From Candidatus Eiseniibacteriota bacterium (GTDB lineage Bacteria; Eisenbacteria; RBG-16-71-46; SZUA-252), in assembly GCA_031370645.1 (NCBI GenBank), contig JANMQV010000168.1, positions 1 to 12,969 on the forward strand: a DNA stretch of 12,969 nt. Direction: 5' to 3'. This document shows positions 7,206 to 12,969 of this stretch, one piece after another. How positions within the stretch are numbered: position 1 is the stretch's first letter; each line of letters opens with the position of its first letter. A program made the translations under genes and the position numbers. The notes below the pieces were generated by a model, which was not told where the DNA came from, searched no databases, and saw only the letters and a list, made by a program, of their open reading frames with translations.

Positions 7206-8000
7206 ATGACGTTTCGGGGCTCCGTCGCGCTGCCGCTGCTCTTCGGAGTGCTCGCGGGATCGGTCGCCGGCTTGATGGGCGTGGGGGGCGGTATTCTCCT
7301 CGTCCCGTTGCTGCTCCACTTCCTGGGTCACACGCAGCACCAGGCGCAGGGCACGTCGCTTGCGTTCGTCATCGCCGCGGCACTCGTGGCGGTGATCCCC
7401 TACATACGAAACGACTCGTTGCCGTGGAGTTTGGTCGGCATGCTGGCGCTCGGTGCGGTGCCCGGCGTCATCGCGGGCGCGGCACTCGCTCGGCGGACGT
7501 CCGCGGGGCGGCTCCGCGTTTGGTTCGGACTCGCGATGCTGTTTACGGCCGCGCGCCTCTTGATCTTGCCTCCGTCCGTATCGGGAGGCGCCCCGTGGCC
7601 CGTGATCGCGAACGCGTTCCTTGGGTTCGGAGTCGGGACGTTCGCCGGATTGCTCGGCGTCGGCGGCGGCGTTTTTCTCGTCCCGGCTCTCGTCCTGGGC
7701 CAGGGGTTGAACCAGCACACGGCGCAGGGCGTCTCGCTCGCGCTGATCGTGCCGATCGGAGTGGTGGGAGCCGTCTCCTACGCCCGAAGCGGGCATTCTG
7801 AAATGCGGCTCCTGCCGGCGCTCTTCGTTGGAGGGGCGCTCGGTGGCTACATCGGCGCGAGTCTGGCCCATTTGCTTCGCGCTCCGGTACTGACGCGCAT
7901 TTTCGCGGTTTTTCTCGTGGCGGTGGCGGTTCAGATGATCGCCGGTTCCCGCCGTTTCGTGTCGCCCGCGGCTTCGCCGCCTGCAGGAGGATCCTCATGA
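7206..8000 (+). CDS. Sulfite exporter TauE/SafE (TSUP) family transporter
   Basis: Duplicated halves GLMGVGGGILLVP...AQGTSLA and GLLGVGGGVFLVP...AQGVSLA; about 8 TM segments. Confidence 0.92.
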   Translation: MTFRGSVALPLLFGVLAGSVAGLMGVGGGILLVPLLLHFLGHTQHQAQGTSLAFVIAAALVAVIPYIRNDSLPWSLVGMLALGAVPGVIAGAALARRTSAGRLRVWFGLAMLFTAARLLILPPSVSGGAPWPVIANAFLGFGVGTFAGLLGVGGGVFLVPALVLGQGLNQHTAQGVSLALIVPIGVVGAVSYARSGHSEMRLLPALFVGGALGGYIGASLAHLLRAPVLTRIFAVFLVAVAVQMIAGSRRFVSPAASPPAGGSS

Positions 8001-9778
8001 CGCTCCGCCGTTACTCCCTTGCTGTTCTGGCGTCTGTGGTCGCGGCGCTCTCGCTGACTCTGGCGGCGCCGAACGCCGGCGCGAGCGCGCCCGCGAAGAC
8101 GGTCCGCACGGCGAAACCGGCCGCCCGCTTCCCGATCGTGGAGAAGCGATTCGAACAATTCGTCCGCCGCTACGTGCAGGCCTCCTTCGCGTTCAATCCC
8201 CCGAGCGCCACCAGCGCGGGGATGCACGCTTACGACGCCAAACTCCCCGATTACGCCCCGGCGGCGATCGCGCGCGAAGCGGCGCGAATCCGGGTCGCAC
8301 TGGTCGAGATGGGGGAGATCGACCGGGAGCAACTGAGCAAGCCGATTCAGATCGACTACGACCTCTATCACCGAAAGATCGAGAACGATCTCTACCAACT
8401 CACCGATGAGCGGCGATGGGAGAGCGATCCCGGATTCTTCAATGTCGGCTGGGCGCTCGACCCGCTCATATCGCAGCAGTTCGCCCCGCCGGCGACGCGG
8501 CTCAAGAGCATCGTCGGGCGGCTGAACGAGACGCCTCGATTCTTGGCGCAAGGGCGGGAGATCCTCAAGCGGCCGCCCCACCTCTTCACCGAGTTCGCGA
8601 TCGACGAGTTCCCCGGAACGATCACCTATCTCGAGGGGACGATTCCGCGCGCATTCAAGTCGGTGAAGAACCCTGTACTCTGGAAGGAATACAAGCGTGC
8701 GCTTGCCGGAGCCAAGACCGCGGTGGATCAGCACGTCGCGTGGATGAAGGCGACGCTCCTCCCGCGGAGCGACGGCACGTTCGTCCTCGGGGCGGAGCGC
8801 TACCGGAAGAAGCTCTACTACGACGAGATGGTCGACACGCCGCTCGACACCCTTCTCGCGATCGGCATGAAGGAACTTGATCGCTTGGAGTCGCGCGCCC
8901 GCACCTGTGCCGCGAAACTGACCCCCGGTGGGACGATCGCCGACGCCATGGCGTCGGTGCGTTCGCATCACCCCCCGAAGGACTCGCTCCTCGTGGTGGC
9001 GTCCCGGCTCCTGGAGCAGGCGCGGAGCTACTCGATCTCGTCGGGCTTCCTCGCGATGCCCTCCGAGGAGCGCTGCACCGTTCGCGCGACACCCGAGTTC
9101 GCGGCCAATCGCTCCTTCGCGTCGCTCGACTCCCCCGGCCCCCTCGAGACGACGGGGCGGAAGGGGTACTACAACATTTCCCTCCCCGGCGCCGACTGGG
9201 ATTCCGCGCGCGCGGAGCAATATCTGCAAGGATTCAGTCGCGGGCCGCTCTCATCCGTCTCGCTCCACGAGGCGTATCCCGGGCACTACGCCCATTACCT
9301 CTATGGGCGGAACGCCACGTCGCTCGCGCGTAAGACCGCCGGCTGCGGATCGTTCGCGGAGGGGTGGGGGCTATACGTTGAGGAAGGAATGCTCGAGCGG
9401 GGATATGGCGGCGGCGATCCCGAATTGGAACTGGGGATGCTGAAGTGGGCATTGGTTCGCGCGTGCCGCTTCCAGGTGGGGATCCGCGTCCACACGAAGG
9501 GAATGACGCTCGAGGAGGCGACGAAGTATTTCCAGGATCACGCGTCGATGGAAGCGGTGAACGCTCAGCGGGAAGCCTACCGCGCCGCGTTCGACCCGAC
9601 TTATCTCGTCTACACGCTCGGCGCGCTTCAAATTCGGAAACTGCGCGACGATCTCATGCGCGAACAGGGGACGTCGTTCGAACTCGGGAAATTCCACGCC
9701 ACCATTCTCTCGCAGGGCGCGATTCCCGTGGTGCTCTTGCGGCGGATGCTCTTGAAGGAGGAGGGCTCGTCGCTCTAG
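7997..9778 (+). CDS. DUF885-family exported protein (metallopeptidase-like motifs)
   Basis: Sec-type signal peptide (…LAAPNAGA|S); family-typical PPSATSAG, HEAYPGH, FAEGWGLYVE, YTLGALQI..LR, FHATILSQG. ATGA overlap with the transporter gene and AGGAGG SD. Confidence 0.88.
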   Translation: MTLRRYSLAVLASVVAALSLTLAAPNAGASAPAKTVRTAKPAARFPIVEKRFEQFVRRYVQASFAFNPPSATSAGMHAYDAKLPDYAPAAIAREAARIRVALVEMGEIDREQLSKPIQIDYDLYHRKIENDLYQLTDERRWESDPGFFNVGWALDPLISQQFAPPATRLKSIVGRLNETPRFLAQGREILKRPPHLFTEFAIDEFPGTITYLEGTIPRAFKSVKNPVLWKEYKRALAGAKTAVDQHVAWMKATLLPRSDGTFVLGAERYRKKLYYDEMVDTPLDTLLAIGMKELDRLESRARTCAAKLTPGGTIADAMASVRSHHPPKDSLLVVASRLLEQARSYSISSGFLAMPSEERCTVRATPEFAANRSFASLDSPGPLETTGRKGYYNISLPGADWDSARAEQYLQGFSRGPLSSVSLHEAYPGHYAHYLYGRNATSLARKTAGCGSFAEGWGLYVEEGMLERGYGGGDPELELGMLKWALVRACRFQVGIRVHTKGMTLEEATKYFQDHASMEAVNAQREAYRAAFDPTYLVYTLGALQIRKLRDDLMREQGTSFELGKFHATILSQGAIPVVLLRRMLLKEEGSSL

Positions 9779-9793
9779 CGACCTTCGGGTCGC
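9778..9793 (+). other. Intercistronic hairpin GCGACC-TTCG-GGTCGC (cUUCGg tetraloop)
   Basis: Perfect 6-bp stem with the extra-stable C(UUCG)G loop directly after the DUF885 stop; no U-tract. Confidence 0.55.
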
Positions 9794-9809
9794 GGGGCGT
9801 CGAGCGGAA

Positions 9810-10853
9810 ATGAGCCGGCGGCGGCTTCTGCTCTGGGTGGAAAGCGACACTCCGGCCTGGCGCATTCCTGACGAAGGCGTTGAGGCGCTCCGCCGCGATT
9901 TCCCCGATGTGGAGGTAGAGCGCGCGCGGACCGACGAGGACTTGGCCGCCGCGATCGGCGACGCCGAGATCCTCTTCTCCTGGCGCCCCGAAGACGGCGT
10001 CATGGCCCGCGCGAAACGACTTCGCTGGCTCCACGTCCCGGCCGCCGGCGCCGGTGCCTATTTGACGCCCGCGTTCCGCGCCACCGGCGCCGCCCTCACG
10101 AGTTCGCGGGGCGCCCACGCCATTCCGATCGCGGAACACGTGATCGGCTCGCTCATCTCCCTCGCCCGCGAATTTCCACGCGCCCTGGACGAGCAGCGAA
10201 GCGCGCGCGGGATGCATCGCGAGGGGTGGTGGACCGACGAGGGCATGCCGCACGAACTCCACGGGAAGACGCTCGGCATTTTCGGATACGGCTTGATCGG
10301 ACGTGAAGTCGCGCGCCGCGCGGCCTGCTTCGGAATGCGCGTCATCGCCTTGAAGCGCCATCCCGAGACTCCCGAGACATGGGACGAATCGCTCCTTCGG
10401 GCGGTCGGACTTCCCCAGGAGGAGCCGCCGGTCGCCGCGTTCCTCGGCCCCACGGGATTCAACCGACTACTGGAAGAGAGCGACGCGTTGGTCCTCTCCG
10501 CCGCGCTCACGCCGGAGACGGAAGGGCGCTTCGACGCGGCTGCATTCGCTCGCATGCGCCGCGGCGTCTGGTTCGTGAACATCGCGCGCGGAAAACTCGT
10601 TCGGGAGGAAGCGTTCGCGGCAGCCGTGCGGGACGGACGGATCGGCGGGGCGGCGCTCGATGTTTCGGCGGTGGAACCCTTGCCGCGCGAGAGCGAACTC
10701 TATACGCTCGATCGTGTGCTCCTGACGCCGCACGTTTCCGCCGTGTCGCGCGGCTACTGGCCGCGAGCACTCTCGCTCTTCAGCGAAAATCTGAGGCGCG
10801 ATGCGCGCGGCGAACCGCTCTTGAACCGCGTCGATCCGGCGCGGGGCTACTGA
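9810..10853 (+). CDS. D-isomer-specific 2-hydroxyacid dehydrogenase
   Basis: PIAEHV, Rossmann GIFGYGLIG, LTPET, catalytic Arg in NIARG, AALDV..VEP (Glu), LLTPHVS (His), C-terminal LLNRVDPARGY. Confidence 0.93.
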   Translation: MSRRRLLLWVESDTPAWRIPDEGVEALRRDFPDVEVERARTDEDLAAAIGDAEILFSWRPEDGVMARAKRLRWLHVPAAGAGAYLTPAFRATGAALTSSRGAHAIPIAEHVIGSLISLAREFPRALDEQRSARGMHREGWWTDEGMPHELHGKTLGIFGYGLIGREVARRAACFGMRVIALKRHPETPETWDESLLRAVGLPQEEPPVAAFLGPTGFNRLLEESDALVLSAALTPETEGRFDAAAFARMRRGVWFVNIARGKLVREEAFAAAVRDGRIGGAALDVSAVEPLPRESELYTLDRVLLTPHVSAVSRGYWPRALSLFSENLRRDARGEPLLNRVDPARGY

Positions 10854-10865
10854 GGAGGATTGTCC

Positions 10866-11594
10866 GTGGCGGCACCCCTGATCGGCATCGCCCCCAATTT
10901 CGAGCCGGGACCCCGGAACGGCGGCAGCATCCGCATCTGGCGGAATTATCCCGGACTCCTGGCGCAAGAGGGCGCGATCGCGGTGATCCTGCCGATGCTC
11001 GAGTCTCGGGAGGAGGCGCGCGCCCTGGTGGACCGCCTCGACGGCGTCGTCCTCACCGGCGGCAGCGACATCGACCCGATCCGATTCGGACAGAACGCTC
11101 GCCCCGAGACCAATGTCGCTCCGAAGGAACGCGTGGCTTCCGACTTTCTGCTCGCCAAGACCGCCCACGAGGCGGGAAAACCGACCCTCGGCATCTGCCT
11201 CGGCATGCAGACGATGAACGTCGTCTTCGGCGGCACGATCTTCCAGCACCTGCCGGTGGACGTGCCCGGCTCGCTCCAGCACGAGGATGAACCGGACGGT
11301 GTTTCCCACGATCATCCGGTGCGTGTCGAGCGCGGCACCCTTCTCCACCGACTCTTGGGCGTCGACTCGGTGGTGGTGAATTCGTTCCATCACCAGGGGC
11401 TCGGCGACCTCGCCCCCGGATTCCGCGCGTCGGCCCGCGCCGAGGACGGCGTGGTCGAAGCCATCGAGCGCTCCGATCACCCGTTCTACCTCGGCGTGCA
11501 GTGGCATCCCGAACGGGCGTCGTCCTCCGACGCCTCGCGTCGCATCGTCCGCGCGTTCGTGGACGTTTCGAGGGGTGCGCCGCTCCGGGCGTAG
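10866..11594 (+). CDS. Gamma-glutamyl-gamma-aminobutyrate hydrolase-like protein (peptidase C26 / class I glutamine amidotransferase)
   Basis: LDGVVLTGGSDIDP, nucleophile elbow LGICLGMQ, VNSFHHQG, GVQWHPE (Cys-His-Glu triad). GTG 10866 lies 7 nt after AGGAGG (10853-10858) and is preferred to TTG 10860. Confidence 0.92.
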   Translation: MAAPLIGIAPNFEPGPRNGGSIRIWRNYPGLLAQEGAIAVILPMLESREEARALVDRLDGVVLTGGSDIDPIRFGQNARPETNVAPKERVASDFLLAKTAHEAGKPTLGICLGMQTMNVVFGGTIFQHLPVDVPGSLQHEDEPDGVSHDHPVRVERGTLLHRLLGVDSVVVNSFHHQGLGDLAPGFRASARAEDGVVEAIERSDHPFYLGVQWHPERASSSDASRRIVRAFVDVSRGAPLRA

Positions 11595-11602
11595 CGCCCC
11601 GC

Positions 11603-12685
11603 TCAGACCTTTCGTTTGTCGGGCCGGTTCCGCTGCTCGAGATGCCGCTGCTTCCACTTGCGTTTCTCGGCCTCGCGCAACCGGACGTCGGTCTTCATCG
11701 CCATCCGTCTCGCCTCCCGACCCAATTTGAGGTAGGAGCGGAACCTCGCTTCATCGAGCGTTCCGGCGTCGATCGCCTCGCGGACGGCGCACCCCGGCTC
11801 CGTGCCGTGCGTGCAGTCGCGGAATCGGCACTCGACGGCCACCGCCTCCACGTCGCCGAACGCCCGCCCGATTCCTTCCTCGTTCTCTAGCAAGAGCACG
11901 GTCCGCATGCCCGGCGTGTCGATGAGAAGCCCGCCCTGCGGGAGCGGCACGAGATGGCGCGCCGTGGTCGTGTGCCTTCCCCGATCGTCCGCGCGGATTT
12001 CCCGCACGCGCATCCGTTCGGCGCCAAGGAGCGTGTTCAGGATCGTCGATTTCCCCACGCCGGAAGAGCCGACCAGCGCCGCGGTCTTCCCCTCCGTGAG
12101 GTAACGATCGAGCGCGGTGAGGCCGTCGGCTTCGACGGAGCTGACGGCGTGCACCGCCGCCCCTTGCGCCACCGCTTCGATCTCGGCGACCGCCGCCTCG
12201 CGATCGTCGCAGAGGTCCGCCTTGCTGAGGACCACGACCGGCTCGGCTCCACTCTCCCAGAGGAGCGTGAGGTAGCGCTCCAGGCGTCGCGGATTCAGGT
12301 CGCCGTTCAGCGACTGCACCAGGAAGACCGTATCGATATTGGCGGCGATGATCTGTTCGACGGAGCGGTTTCCCGCCTCTTTCCGAGAGAATTTGGATCG
12401 GCGGTCGAGCACGCGCTCGATTCGCGCGACGCCGTCCTCCGGCCGGCCACCGGGGAGCGTGGCCATGACCCAGTCCCCCACGCAAGGGAGAAGGGCGCCC
12501 TCCGTGTTCGCTTCGTGGCGAAGACGCCCCGCCACTTCCGCGCGCCACTCCTGCCCTTCGGCCAGCAAGAGGTACATCCCGCGCTGTTCTTCGGCGACGC
12601 GGGCGGGAGTTCGCGAGTCATCGGTTTCAGTGTTCAGTTGTGCTTCGAAAAACGAATTCCATCCCAGCAATTCCAGACGGTTCAC
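11603..12685 (-). CDS. rsgA: Ribosome small subunit-dependent GTPase A
   Basis: OB-fold VGDWV; circularly permuted GTPase G4 SKAD, G1 GSSGVGKS, G2 GRHTTT, G3 DTPG; Zn site CRFRDCTHGTEPGC. GTG start with GGAGGAG SD (12693-12699). Confidence 0.95.
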   Translation of the reverse strand: MNRLELLGWNSFFEAQLNTETDDSRTPARVAEEQRGMYLLLAEGQEWRAEVAGRLRHEANTEGALLPCVGDWVMATLPGGRPEDGVARIERVLDRRSKFSRKEAGNRSVEQIIAANIDTVFLVQSLNGDLNPRRLERYLTLLWESGAEPVVVLSKADLCDDREAAVAEIEAVAQGAAVHAVSSVEADGLTALDRYLTEGKTAALVGSSGVGKSTILNTLLGAERMRVREIRADDRGRHTTTARHLVPLPQGGLLIDTPGMRTVLLLENEEGIGRAFGDVEAVAVECRFRDCTHGTEPGCAVREAIDAGTLDEARFRSYLKLGREARRMAMKTDVRLREAEKRKWKQRHLEQRNRPDKRKV

Positions 12686-12922
12686 GTCGGTGCTCCTCCA
12701 ACTCGGTGGGCCCTGCGGGACAACACACCGCGGGCGTGGCGATCGATCGGGTTGGTCGGAGTCGCCGGCGAACAGCCGGCCGGAAGGCTACCTAGGCGAG
12801 ACTACTGAAGCGGGGAAAGCCTAGCGGCCGAAGGCGGCTCCGAGGATGACCAGTGCAGTTCTCATAAGGCGACCCTCCGTAGGCTTGAGGTAACGGCGGC
12901 GGCCGGCAGGCGCCGGGCCCAA
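12686..12922 (-). promoter_or_regulatory. Structured rsgA 5' leader; putative uORF-dependent translational attenuator
   Basis: Contains the uORF, an anti-SD (12751-12761) complementary to the rsgA SD region (12693-12702), and a competing 10/11-bp helix between uORF codons 8-11 (12833-12843) and 12756-12766. Confidence 0.6.
12821..12865 (-). CDS. Putative 14-aa leader peptide MRTALVILGAAFGR
   Basis: ATG AGA ACT GCA CTG GTC ATC CTC GGA GCC GCC TTC GGC CGC TAG. SD GGAGGG (12878-12873) is 7 nt upstream. It lies between the promoter and rsgA. Confidence 0.65.
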   Translation of the reverse strand: MRTALVILGAAFGR

Positions 12923-12928
12923 CCTATA

Positions 12929-12957
12929 AATATATAGGGACTATTCAAAAGAGTCAA
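12929..12957 (-). promoter_or_regulatory. Sigma70 promoter of the leader-rsgA transcript
   Basis: TTGACT (12957-12952)-N17-TATATT (12934-12929) in a conspicuously AT-rich patch; predicted TSS ~12922. Confidence 0.78.
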
Positions 12958-12969
12958 GGGTGGGGGCGG

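Noticed and set aside
9810-9840. Tat-like SRRRLL at the dehydrogenase N-terminus (and LRRY in DUF885)
   Set aside because: No hydrophobic h-region follows in the dehydrogenase (WVESDTP); it is the first beta-strand. The DUF885 motif is a poor Tat match and fits Sec.
10866-11594. Assigning puuD (or tauE, zraR/zraS elsewhere) as gene symbols
   Set aside because: Only family-level motifs are visible, and pathway partners that would establish orthology are absent.
12686-12820. Intrinsic terminator, metabolite riboswitch, T-box or tRNA in the rsgA leader
   Set aside because: No hairpin followed by a U-run, and no recognisable aptamer, T-box or cloverleaf consensus by eye. An Rfam scan is needed to exclude these formally.
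1-12969. CRISPR array, transposase/integrase, prophage or defence genes
   Set aside because: No regularly spaced direct repeats, terminal inverted repeats, recombinase/nuclease motifs or extended compositional shift were seen.

Overview
GC-rich bacterial chromosomal segment with 11 supported protein genes. No mobile elements, CRISPR arrays or RNA genes were recognised. In order: a partial lipoprotein and a polytopic membrane protein (-); an FHA-GAF-PP2C/SpoIIE phosphatase (+); an exported helical-repeat protein under a clear sigma54 -24/-12 promoter, directly downstream of an NtrC-family response regulator and histidine kinase pair (-); a divergent four-gene run (+) of TauE/SafE transporter, DUF885 protein, D-2-hydroxyacid dehydrogenase and peptidase C26/PuuD-like hydrolase, probably on a leaderless mRNA; and a convergent rsgA (-). 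The most striking element is the ~240-nt rsgA leader. It has a near-consensus sigma70 promoter, an unannotated 14-codon uORF with its own SD (MRTALVILGAAFGR), and mutually exclusive helices (anti-SD, and an anti-anti-SD inside the uORF) that look like a ribosome-stalling translational attenuator. All motif and pairing calls were made by eye; no database search or folding calculation was run.
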